A program made the translations under genes and the position numbers. Shown here one piece after another: positions 30,291-39,380 of a DNA stretch of 46,632 bases; within the stretch, counting starts at the first letter, position 1; each line of letters opens with the position of its first letter. The notes below the pieces were generated by a model that saw only the letters and a list, made by a program, of their open reading frames with translations, ran no database searches and was not told the DNA's origin. Location of the stretch: NCBI GenBank assembly GCA_964645535.1, contig CAZYCQ010000005.1, forward strand, positions 61,394 through 108,025, read 5' to 3'. The stretch comes from an uncultured archaeon (GTDB lineage: Archaea > Asgardarchaeota > Heimdallarchaeia > Heimdallarchaeales > Kariarchaeaceae).

Positions 30291-32237
30291 TTACAAGGTT
30301 ATTGTCTTTGAATCCGTGGTTACCATTGTACTTGTTCCATTATAGAAGGATATCTCCGCAGTGATAATATGTGGTCCTGCTGGAACATTTTTCCATTCCG
30401 TCACCAAGGTCAAGGTGAAGGAATCTCCTGCACTGACGAAAGATGTGATATCCACACTGAATGTATTGCCGGCAACATTCATTGTCAAATCGAAAGTTGT
30501 CCCACCGACATCAAGCGTTGCACTTCTTAATGCCTTGAGTGACCATGAAGCAGGAAATGTAAAGGAAACAATGATGTTTGTCGGTGAACCGGTTACCGTT
30601 CCTGATACTGAGGAAACCATCCCTTTAAGTTCACCTTTCCGTGCCTTATATTGTCCTGGTGTTTCACTGTGACCTGTAATCGACACATCTGCTGTTGGTG
30701 GTGGTGGTACTGTGTTATCTACTGTGAACGTTCCGCTGTCAGATCCCATATTGCCTGCTGCATCGAACCCCTGAACCACGATCGTATGTACTCCATTTGT
30801 CAATGTAGTTGTGTCCAATGTTGCAGTCCATGAATTGCCGGCTCCTTGGGACATCGGGACAAATGCTCCTCCATCAACACTATATTGGGCTGTACTGACT
30901 CCTACATTGTCCGTAATTGTTGCTTCAACTGTCACTGTTCCTGACACGGTTCCAATGGGTGAAACAATGGTTACAGAAGGTGCAACTGTATCTGGAGGTG
31001 GTGGAGCACCCGCAGTAAGTGCCTTGAAAACATTCAATCGACCTCCTGAAACAGTAACTCCCTGCATCGAAGGCACTGGATCCACATTATCCAATATCCT
31101 TGCCTTCAACTGTGCTGTGGTCAAGGTTGGATCATGACTGAGGATTAAGGCAGCAGCTCCTGAGACATGAGGTGTTGCCATTGATGTTCCTGAGATGGTG
31201 GCATAGGAATTCGCGGGATATGTACTCAAAATACTTGATCCCGGTGCCCCTAGATCAACTGAGGTTGCTCCATAATTTGAAAAGCTTGATCTGGCGTCAG
31301 TTGCGGTTGTCGATGCAACGGAGATGATGTTGGGAGAATCATAGCTACTCGGATAATGAGGGGAGATGTCTGTATCGATTCCACTGTTACCTGCGGCTGC
31401 AACAAAAAGCCCTCCAAATGCCTCGATGGCATTCTTCAATGCCAAGCTGAACCCTCCTCCTCCCCAAGAGGCGGAGATGATGTCTGCTCCCATCATGGTT
31501 GCATACTCAATCGCTGAAATGGCATCTGCTGTGCTGCCTCCGAAAGGCCCAAGAAACTTCAATGGCATAATCTTAACATTCCAATTCACCCCAACAACCC
31601 CAACTCCATTGTTGCCAACTGCTCCTATGGTTCCTGAAACATGCGTTCCATGGGTGTCTTGACTCGGATTTCCTCCATATACTTGGTTGTTATTGTCAAT
31701 AAAATTCCATCCGTTGACATCGTCTACGAAACCATTCCCATCATCATCAACCCCGTTATTCGGTATCTCGCCCGGATTTGTCCAGATATTGGCTGCAAGA
31801 TCCTCATGGTTGATGTCAACACCTTCGTCAATCACGGCTACAATGACTTGACCGGATCCGGTATGCACATCCCATGCTTCTGGCGCTTGGATGATGGACA
31901 TTCCATAGAGTGATCCGAATTGCGGATCATTGGGCACAATATCCTTTTGATATTCCATGTTCTGCTCAACTGCGATGACTCCCGGTAACCGAGCAACATG
32001 TTTGATCATGATTTCAGGAATCATGATATGCATGGACGGGATAAGATTGTATTTCTCTAGAATGGTTGCTCCGAATTTGGTCAACGCATTCTCGTTAACG
32101 TGGTCAAAATCTGAAAATGTGACTATGAAATCTTTCATTTCCAGATTGACTCCGCTCGTATCCACTTGGGAAACAAAGATGACTCCTGCCGTAACCAACA
32201 ATGTGATCGACAGGATGCTGATTGTTTTCTTATTCAT
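30291..32237 (-). CDS. Secreted S8 serine protease with Ig-like C-terminal domains
   Basis: VAVIDEG / HGTHVSG / GTSMATPH triad, NGVDDDGNGFVDD Ca-loop, GGRLN; Ig-like DTVAPSVTI...DAAGN. Confidence 0.95.
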   Translation of the reverse strand: MNKKTISILSITLLVTAGVIFVSQVDTSGVNLEMKDFIVTFSDFDHVNENALTKFGATILEKYNLIPSMHIMIPEIMIKHVARLPGVIAVEQNMEYQKDIVPNDPQFGSLYGMSIIQAPEAWDVHTGSGQVIVAVIDEGVDINHEDLAANIWTNPGEIPNNGVDDDGNGFVDDVNGWNFIDNNNQVYGGNPSQDTHGTHVSGTIGAVGNNGVGVVGVNWNVKIMPLKFLGPFGGSTADAISAIEYATMMGADIISASWGGGGFSLALKNAIEAFGGLFVAAAGNSGIDTDISPHYPSSYDSPNIISVASTTATDARSSFSNYGATSVDLGAPGSSILSTYPANSYATISGTSMATPHVSGAAALILSHDPTLTTAQLKARILDNVDPVPSMQGVTVSGGRLNVFKALTAGAPPPPDTVAPSVTIVSPIGTVSGTVTVEATITDNVGVSTAQYSVDGGAFVPMSQGAGNSWTATLDTTTLTNGVHTIVVQGFDAAGNMGSDSGTFTVDNTVPPPPTADVSITGHSETPGQYKARKGELKGMVSSVSGTVTGSPTNIIVSFTFPASWSLKALRSATLDVGGTTFDLTMNVAGNTFSVDITSFVSAGDSFTLTLVTEWKNVPAGPHIITAEISFYNGTSTMVTTDSKTITL

Positions 32238-32261
32238 GGGTCATTCCTCATTTACGATTAT

Positions 32262-32367
32262 CGTCTCTTCTTTTGAGACGGTGTTTGTTATTCGTCCAAA
32301 CACATACGAGATTAAAAATATTGTCCAAAATTAACAAATATTGATAAAAATATTTAATTTAGGACAA
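32262..32367. promoter_or_regulatory. Two adjacent hairpins plus a 14-bp-arm inverted repeat upstream of the subtilase gene
   Basis: CGTCTC/GAGACG (32262-32280), GTGTTTG/CAAACAC (32281-32303), TTGTCCAAAATTAA-N19-TTAATTTAGGACAA (32321-32367, 13/14 match). Confidence 0.45.
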
Positions 32368-32525
32368 ATAATCTGATTGTGAATATTTTGGTGATTTTCG
32401 CCACATTCTACAAAGCCATGAAATGATTGGTGGTATTGGGGAATGTGTGTTGTGATGAAAAATATATTCAGATATGCTTTTTCCTCTCAAAAAGGTTATA
32501 TGTGCAGGAGAGCCATGCATAAGTA

Positions 32526-33323
32526 ATGGAGACAGAAAAATTCTGGACCATCGCAATTGGATCTTTACTCATAATTGCAGGACTTTGGTTCAGTCTATTT
32601 TTTGACATCCAAACTGATTCATATGATGTCAAAGACTTTCCGTCGGCTTATGAATGGGATTTCTCCTCCGTGGACTCAATGACGAATGGTCTAGGCAGTG
32701 CTGATAGAAGTCTCATTTACTTCAAAACCAGTGCTCTACAGATTATTGATTTCAGCGGAGAGGAAAATTACGCTAGCGAAACTTGTTCTCAATCATCCTG
32801 TACTGACCTTCCCTTTTCGATCACTTTCAAAGCTATTTCATTTTTCTTAAACAACGTCAGCGAGTTGAGGCTTTTAGAAGATATGGACGGAAACAAATGG
32901 GATGGTCTTATGGCCATGAACCCTGAGAAATCATATTCTGAGATGCATTTTGTTCTTCCACAGGGAGAATTGACCGATCTGCCCATTGCATTGGCTGAGG
33001 ACTTGGCTGCAATAACGAATTTCCACAACCTTACCCAGTATCAATATCGTTACCATTTCATTGAGGTTACATACAAAAACAATACTGGCTTGAATATCGA
33101 GCTAATCTTTGATGATGGAACTCAATTGATTATGGACATTGTCGGAAACTCCTTTTTCCTTAAAGTAGAGCATTTCATGGCTTATTACTCGAAAAATGGG
33201 GAACTAATTCTGAAACCTGATGGTCGTCCACAAGAATATTACTTTGGCTTGTTAGGAACTCCCGTCGTGAATTATGTAACAGAAGTGAATGACCTGATCT
33301 CTTTGATTTTGGATTTGCCGTGA
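32526..33323 (+). CDS. Membrane-anchored exported hypothetical protein (tandem paralog A)
   Basis: N-terminal TM; WDF, IYF, C-x4-C, DMDG..W.G and YV..VN.LI.LIL motifs shared with the next gene. Confidence 0.75.
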   Translation: METEKFWTIAIGSLLIIAGLWFSLFFDIQTDSYDVKDFPSAYEWDFSSVDSMTNGLGSADRSLIYFKTSALQIIDFSGEENYASETCSQSSCTDLPFSITFKAISFFLNNVSELRLLEDMDGNKWDGLMAMNPEKSYSEMHFVLPQGELTDLPIALAEDLAAITNFHNLTQYQYRYHFIEVTYKNNTGLNIELIFDDGTQLIMDIVGNSFFLKVEHFMAYYSKNGELILKPDGRPQEYYFGLLGTPVVNYVTEVNDLISLILDLP

Positions 33324-33416
33324 TTTGCACATGGTTCGCTGTTTTTTTGAGCGTTCAGGGTCTGAACAGTTATGTACCCAATATAGCTATAAATAGGCTG
33401 TCTTCAAAGAACAATC

Positions 33417-34220
33417 ATGTATCCGATCAAACCTGTTGGTTCTGCCTTTATTCTTGTTCTTGTATTGGCTATTGCATCACTTGCCATTTCCACCCAATTC
33501 GGGGAAAAGGTACCGTCTTATCCCCTTGTTCCCGTTTCCTCCTCCAGTGTATGGGATTTTACCTCCAGTTTAACTTTGGCTCAAGGTTTTATCTCTGATG
33601 AACATGAGGTTATCTACTTTTCGACTGAAGGAATCCTGATTGATGCCGTATTGGGGGAATCCTCCAATATCGAGGCTTCATGTTCTCCAGAACCCTGTGA
33701 AGGGTCAACCTTTGCATACGCGGGAACTGGAACCCCGATCTATACCCATGACACTCATCATGTGTCAATCAGGCAGGATATGGATGGTGGTGGATGGATA
33801 GGGGATATCACATATAATTCGTCCACTTTCGGGTGGAGAAGCATAAATTTTGCGTTTGAGAATGTGGATCTTGACAATATCTCATTTGCGCTTACCAAAG
33901 AGGTTTCTGGAATGAAGAATTTACGGCAAGTGAATGAAAGCTCCTTTGGGACTTTATGGAGAGACCAAATTCATCTTAACAATACCGAAATCCGGATTCA
34001 CATTGCCTATACCGATGGAGTTTTTCTCTATATCTCTATCATTGAAGGGAAATTTTTCTTGCGGGTCTCGTACTTTTCTGAATACTATTCAAATTACGAA
34101 GGTGCAAGATTCCGATCATCAGATCGTCCTGACGCATATTACGTTGCTGAATTGGAAACATTCTTCCCTGTCTATGTAAACGCTGTCAACAATCTCATTG
34201 AATTGATTCTGGAGGATTGA
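33417..34220 (+). CDS. Membrane-anchored exported hypothetical protein (tandem paralog B)
   Basis: Same motif order as 32526-33323. Confidence 0.75.
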   Translation: MYPIKPVGSAFILVLVLAIASLAISTQFGEKVPSYPLVPVSSSSVWDFTSSLTLAQGFISDEHEVIYFSTEGILIDAVLGESSNIEASCSPEPCEGSTFAYAGTGTPIYTHDTHHVSIRQDMDGGGWIGDITYNSSTFGWRSINFAFENVDLDNISFALTKEVSGMKNLRQVNESSFGTLWRDQIHLNNTEIRIHIAYTDGVFLYISIIEGKFFLRVSYFSEYYSNYEGARFRSSDRPDAYYVAELETFFPVYVNAVNNLIELILED

Positions 34221-34678
34221 TGGTGATGAATGACACCAATGGGGTCTTCCATAACCCGTTAACTCTTGAATTGTTTCTCCATTGCAAAAATCAACCAAAT
34301 CCCGTCGGTATCCGCGAAACCCAACGGGCATTGGGTATTTCAAGCCCTAGCTCCGTTCATTGGCACTTCAACAAACTTATTGACATGGGTTTACTTGAGC
34401 GACTGAAAAATAATAGATTCGCTCTTACTGAAGAGGGGAAAAAATTGCGCATCCTCCACGTTCCAATCAATTTCCCTTTCGTAATCATAAAGGGTCATTT
34501 GGTGACGATGTCAATTTTTCAAATTGCCTTCTTGATCTTTGCCATATTATTTGGCGTTCTTTTGTCGATATCGAACCCAGTCGCGCTCAATGTCTTCTTC
34601 TTTCTTGTCCTGCTAGTAGAAATGGGCATCGCTCTTCGTTTCTATAGACTCATTCAAGGTAGTTCTCGGATCAGTTAA
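34217..34678 (+). CDS. Membrane-tethered wHTH regulator (HTH + 2 TM)
   Basis: PVGIRETQRALGISSPSSVHWHFNKLIDMGLL HTH followed by two hydrophobic helices; start overlaps the stop of the previous gene. Confidence 0.8.
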   Translation: MMVMNDTNGVFHNPLTLELFLHCKNQPNPVGIRETQRALGISSPSSVHWHFNKLIDMGLLERLKNNRFALTEEGKKLRILHVPINFPFVIIKGHLVTMSIFQIAFLIFAILFGVLLSISNPVALNVFFFLVLLVEMGIALRFYRLIQGSSRIS

Positions 34679-35825
34679 TTTTGAAATGCCTTTTCACAAA
34701 TTCAATCCCCATCCACTCTGAACCCACTTTCCATCCTTCCTTTGGGACGAAATTCCGATGCCAGATCGGAAATGTATAGCTGTTTTCCGGCTTTGTGTCC
34801 AGATGAAGGACTTCAAATGTGCTTGAGATTGAGAATACAAATCGTGTCATTTCGGAAATCAGGGATGGGGGGATGTGTAGAAGCCAATAAAAAGTTCCGT
34901 CTTCTAGAATCCTCAGTTGTGAATAGAATGGGAATTCAGGATCCATTATCCTGTTCATGAGCCTTTTGACATATTCTTTTTCAATATGTCCCGTATAGAT
35001 CAAGAAATGGTCAATGCCAAGATACCTCTTGTCGAAAAGAAGTTCATAATCCTCAATGATTCCATGCCTTTCAATGAACTCAAACCGTCTTGAAACCTGC
35101 CTCCTCCTTTCTTGTGTGAATGGGGATTTTTCTTCCTCACTGTAATCATCGCTTGAATTGATATCTTCAATGATTTCTGTATGTTTTCTTCTGGAATTGA
35201 TCATCATTTCCCTGATAATGATGATGTCATCCATTCGCATTCGTTTGAAAATTAATGTGGGATCTTGACGTGTCTGATGTTCATTTTCCCAAACCACATT
35301 GTTATTGTCTGCGGCAAACCAACTGTCCACATTAAATTCCCAATTCTTTTCTCCCCAATACCCGAGGTTGATCTCTGTTTGAAAATGGAACATTTCATCT
35401 TTGAATTGCAGAACCTCGCTTTTTGTATGGGCTTCAATCAGTTTCAATGCCTCTGCAAATTCCCTTTCGCCTTTCATCGGGATATTGAACTGAAGAATGA
35501 CCCCGTTTTTTGATCCATACAATTGGTTGATATATGCTGTATAGGGATGGTCTAATGCAAACTCATAAAGGTTGCTCAATTGCTTCTTTAGCTGTTTCCA
35601 ACTTTCAAAGGTCAAAATACATGTCCATTTTTTCATTTCAAGGCTACTGAGTTTCGGTTTTGCTACCACATTCTTGATTATGCCCGTCTGCCCATTCGTC
35701 AATTGAAGGAATTTCCGTTTTGCTGTTGGGGGCGTTATTCCCAAAAAATCCGCAACTTCAACAAAAGTAGCCATGGGGAACTTTTGGAGGTATTGGATGA
35801 GTCGCCTCTCCTCGTTTGTAATCAT
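34671..35825 (-). CDS. Large AsnC/Lrp-like winged-helix transcriptional regulator
   Basis: ATFVEVADFLGITPPTAKRKF HTH; HPYT, DIIIIREM and WHRNF shared with 4223-5431. ATG at 35825 (alternative TTG at 35840). Confidence 0.75.
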   Translation of the reverse strand: MITNEERRLIQYLQKFPMATFVEVADFLGITPPTAKRKFLQLTNGQTGIIKNVVAKPKLSSLEMKKWTCILTFESWKQLKKQLSNLYEFALDHPYTAYINQLYGSKNGVILQFNIPMKGEREFAEALKLIEAHTKSEVLQFKDEMFHFQTEINLGYWGEKNWEFNVDSWFAADNNNVVWENEHQTRQDPTLIFKRMRMDDIIIIREMMINSRRKHTEIIEDINSSDDYSEEEKSPFTQERRRQVSRRFEFIERHGIIEDYELLFDKRYLGIDHFLIYTGHIEKEYVKRLMNRIMDPEFPFYSQLRILEDGTFYWLLHIPPSLISEMTRFVFSISSTFEVLHLDTKPENSYTFPIWHRNFVPKEGWKVGSEWMGIEFVKRHFKIN

Positions 35826-35836
35826 CTTAACCCCTT

Positions 35837-36319
35837 TCAACTTTTGAAAACATCAATTGTAGGAATCCCTCCATGCTGACCGCCAGGTGGGTCAAAAATT
35901 ACATAGTGTGCCAAGATTGGTCTGTCCACTCTCACTTCCCTATAGGCTCCCGCTGAGTAAGCTTCATACCACCCGTTTTCCGTGGCATGATTGAGGAGAT
36001 GGAAGCTTAAGTATAGGGTGGGTCGATGGTCTGTGTCCTGCAATTGATACCAAAATTCTTTTCCAGAAGGTAACACAAGTCCAATAAGAATTGAATATTC
36101 TATTCCATTAATGAAGTCACTTTTTCCAAAATTTAGAAAATCTACTTGCACACCAAGAAATACATCATCACTTTGGCCATCTCCGTCGAGATCCGTATAA
36201 TATGCTTCCTTGATAGATGCCCAAACTGTCCTATCGGATGCTGAAGTCACGTTGATTCCAGAAAATCCCAAAAGGGCGAATATGAGTAGCACAAATGCCT
36301 TGCTAAACGTTCGTTTCAT
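35837..36319 (-). CDS. Small secreted protein with DxDxDG loop and FDPPGG motif
   Basis: Signal MKRTFSKAFVLLIFALLG with a TTTAAATA box ~30 nt upstream; YYTDLDGDGQSDDV, LPSG, GWY, FDPPGG. Confidence 0.75.
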   Translation of the reverse strand: MKRTFSKAFVLLIFALLGFSGINVTSASDRTVWASIKEAYYTDLDGDGQSDDVFLGVQVDFLNFGKSDFINGIEYSILIGLVLPSGKEFWYQLQDTDHRPTLYLSFHLLNHATENGWYEAYSAGAYREVRVDRPILAHYVIFDPPGGQHGGIPTIDVFKS

Positions 36320-36699
36320 GCTGTCTAATGACCGTTTAAAATCCAAGTATTTAAAGGTGTCCCAAAATAAATAAAATTTCACTGATGTCATTATGATTGG
36401 GCAAAAAATCCATCGATCCAATTCAGCACATGCACTTGATTTTGCAATTTGAATGATTTCCTGCGACCTTTCTGGAAAAAATGGGTTCTTTCGATCCATC
36501 AGTTCCAGTGGAAATGATGTTTTGGTTTTCATATTTTTACGGTTTTACGGCTTGTGATCGGTTTTTGTCTGTTGGTATTGGAAAATTTCCCTCGTAACTC
36601 CGACCGCAATTATTGCGTATAGTCGCAACTATGTGCAATTACCTGTAATCCGGATCCGAAACCTCTTCGAGGAAAGTTAGATACTTGGATTTCATGTCC

Positions 36700-36849
36700 G
36701 AGATGCATTCGGTGCCCATGCCTTGGAAGTATCCAGCTGAAATCGAAATCTGCTAGTTTCTTCAATGACTTCACCTGTTTCTCCCAACTCCACCAATTAT
36801 ATCGGCGGGTTGCCCGAAACCAGTTGCCTCGGCAGTACAAGTGATCTCC
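36700..36849 (-). pseudogene. C-terminal remnant of a ferredoxin-fused MBL-fold metallo-hydrolase
   Basis: GDHL...RATRRYNWWSWEKQVKSLKKLADFDFSWILPRHG (canonical PGHG mutated). Confidence 0.7.
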
Positions 36850-36852
36850 TCT

Positions 36853-37571
36853 ATGGAAAGACAGTTTCGTGGGGTATGTTGGCGGATATGGTCCGCATTT
36901 CCAAATCCAACCGCCACTACATGCTGGGATGTGAATCATCCAAAATCACGGAACTCACGATGCAATCGGGGAAAGCCATTGTTTCCTTTGATGGCAAAAT
37001 CGAACCCATATTGGGTGCATTGTTTATTTCAGCAGCTCTAACAAAGAGTGTAGGGTTATTTGGAAAATTCCTTAATAGGCTCAATCAAGTCATGAAAAAT
37101 CCTAATGCCTATTCAAGGCTTTACTTTAGCATGAATGAGGTTGTTTACCATGCGCCATCTATCGTTACAGGGGTGGCAGGAGTTGTATTTGCCTTAACAC
37201 TTGCTGGTGTTGGAGAATTAGTAAATAATATTCGTTTCTTTGCTGCATCTGTTTGGATTTTTAGTCAAGCAACTAAGGATATGCAGGTTTTCCTTGAAGG
37301 AATCTACCAACAGGATGCCTATAAAGTTCTTAGAGTGATTTTGGCAGTTGGAAAGTTTATATACAATGTAATATTGAAGGCAATTGGAGCTTTGCCATGG
37401 TGGAACCGTGCAAAAGCTACTGCATACGCTGCTGCGGACAATGCAGCAATTGCTGCAACTCCGTACATTACCGCCTTGACATTGGTCTATTCATTGTATG
37501 GGCTGTGGCTGAGTATCAACGCAGCCCTTAAGGATATAAATGATCCAGATCCATACATTACATCCGTATAG
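36853..37571 (+). pseudogene. 5'-truncated gene: possible caspase/CHAT-like Cys half plus hydrophobic Ala/Gly-rich C-terminal domain
   Basis: VSWGMLADMV...HYMLGCES...VSFDGKIE, then amphipathic/hydrophobic helices. The ORF part upstream of ~36850 is antisense to the MBL remnant. Confidence 0.4.
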
Positions 37572-37595
37572 ATGTTGCTTGTGGTGTGGGTGCAA

Positions 37596-37931
37596 ATGGA
37601 TATCAAACGAATAATTAACAGATGGAGGATCGAAATAATTTTGATCTTCTATTTCGTTGTGCTCTATGCCTATAATCCTGCTTGGCCAACAGGTGTCCAT
37701 ATCTTTTGGCTTAGTGCTCTTGTAGCAGTGACCCTTTTCCTATGGTTTTTCCCCCTGATTTTCTTTAGAGAGGAAACCATGCAAAAACAGCGAAAATTGA
37801 TTTCACAATACTACCCAAATGGCGTCACCATAAGCAGACGAACAAAAATCCTTGTCAATGTTATCCTGCTGGTCTTGATCACCTTCCTTTTCCTGCGATC
37901 CTTAATATTGCAGGGGATTATTGATTTGTAG
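37596..37931 (+). CDS. Small membrane protein (about 3 TM)
   Basis: ATG at 37596 after a GGTG-rich RBS-like element; three hydrophobic segments. Confidence 0.6.
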   Translation: MDIKRIINRWRIEIILIFYFVVLYAYNPAWPTGVHIFWLSALVAVTLFLWFFPLIFFREETMQKQRKLISQYYPNGVTISRRTKILVNVILLVLITFLFLRSLILQGIIDL

Positions 37932-38383
37932 AACTAAATTTCCTGAAAACGAAAGGCCGGTTAGGTTTGTTGCTGGAACCTTTTTCAGAGAATATTACGT
38001 TTATATGTAATTATCAGTCACCACACAAGCATGGCAGATCTTCTGTAGGTGAACAACCCCTATTGTTCCATTTTTTCAAGCCGTTCATAGAATACGTTAT
38101 GTCTGCGTGCCACAATTGATCATTCCTCAAGCTCTTTCCCTGTATCTGACGTTTACACAAAAAATACAATTGGGTCTCTTCACCCTCACCCAATCTTTCT
38201 TATTGCATGTTCCCTTCCTCAAAGATACCCAAAACTTCTAATGGAATTTCTGTATCCACATCAATACCGCTTCAACCTCGATGAGGGTGGTTCTTCCGTC
38301 AAATTGCAGAAAATTATCCTGATGAATTGGGAAGGGATCTGGTCAACCGATTGAAAAGGTGAGATCAGATCCTGAGTGTTAAG

Positions 38384-38456
38384 GTCATCGCAATTGATGC
38401 AGGACGTGTCCACGAAAATATGGATCAGGTACATTTAACGGATGACGGGAAGTCAT
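38384..38456 (-). pseudogene. N-terminal ferredoxin-like remnant of the same MBL-fold hydrolase
   Basis: MTSRHPLNVPDPYF-(+1 nt frameshift)-VDTSCINCD matches the RxxxNVxGxFYVDxxCIxCD start of this family. Confidence 0.65.
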
Positions 38457-38600
38457 GCTTGTTGTTTGCCTTGCTTGATAAAAAGGTTTTTCTCCTTCGA
38501 GAAATGGCTTCATCTCTAAATTTATGGTGCTTATGTCATTTTTCAATCTGTTATGGGGGGTTGAATAGGGTTTATATTTCACTACTTTCCATCTTTTTAT

Positions 38601-39095
38601 ATGCTTAAGCTATCAGATGAATTGCTGAACGCACTGCAGGCACAAGTCAAGTTGGAAATGGAGGCCTTCTACACCTACCATGCACTCGCAGTTTGGCTGG
38701 AATCCCGTAACTGGCACTATGCGTCCAAATTTTACGAAGAGCAATCCCAAGAGGAATTTGCACATGCAAAGGAATTCGAAAAGTTCCTTATTGATATGGG
38801 GCGGAATGTGGAGTTCTTCTCTCTCGATGCCCCTCCCTCTGAATATCCTGATGTCAAGACTGCACTTCAGGCAGTACTTGACCACGAGATCAAGGTAAGC
38901 AAGGCCATCGAAAAACTCTATGAGATTGCGGTCAAGAACGATGACCACTATGCCATCCCTCTAATCCAGAGATTCCTTGAAGAACAGATCGAGGAAGTGG
39001 CCATTGCTGCCGAAATTTTGGAAAGATATGATCATTTTGGCGGAAACGACCTATATTGGGATCACCGCATGAAGAAGAAAGACTTGGGAGAATGA
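38601..39095 (+). CDS. ftn: Ferritin (non-haem)
   Basis: Ferroxidase ligands: LEMEAFYTY, EEFAHA, HEIKV, FLEEQIEEV. Confidence 0.92.
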   Translation: MLKLSDELLNALQAQVKLEMEAFYTYHALAVWLESRNWHYASKFYEEQSQEEFAHAKEFEKFLIDMGRNVEFFSLDAPPSEYPDVKTALQAVLDHEIKVSKAIEKLYEIAVKNDDHYAIPLIQRFLEEQIEEVAIAAEILERYDHFGGNDLYWDHRMKKKDLGE

Positions 39096-39145
39096 ACGCT
39101 GTCCTATTAAAGTACCTTTATCATTCAAGCAAATGAAAACGTATT

Positions 39146-39340
39146 ATGCAGACAAATCGCAATGAGATCTCCAAGGGTCAACATGTCGAAATAATTGAAA
39201 AACATAACCAGCGCACTGGAAAACCAACTGAGGGGATTGTGGAAAAAATCCTTACCAATTCCTCCCGACATCCGCGGGGAATCAAGGTTCGGTTGACTTC
39301 TGGTCAGGTAGGTCGCGTCTTGCGTATCAAAAGGACTTGA
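39146..39340 (+). CDS. YwbE-family protein
   Basis: QRTGKPTEGIVEKILTNSSRHPRGIKVRLTSGQVGRV. Confidence 0.9.
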   Translation: MQTNRNEISKGQHVEIIEKHNQRTGKPTEGIVEKILTNSSRHPRGIKVRLTSGQVGRVLRIKRT

Positions 39341-39380
39341 AAATGGAAGGATTAAATATCATTACTTGCATCAAGATTTG

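Noticed and set aside
36380-36660. Possible transposase remnant on the minus strand (…KGRRKSFKLQNQVHVLNWIDGFFAQS*)
   Set aside because: Only a vague resemblance, several frame breaks, and no DDE motif or terminal repeats. It would need tblastn to support.
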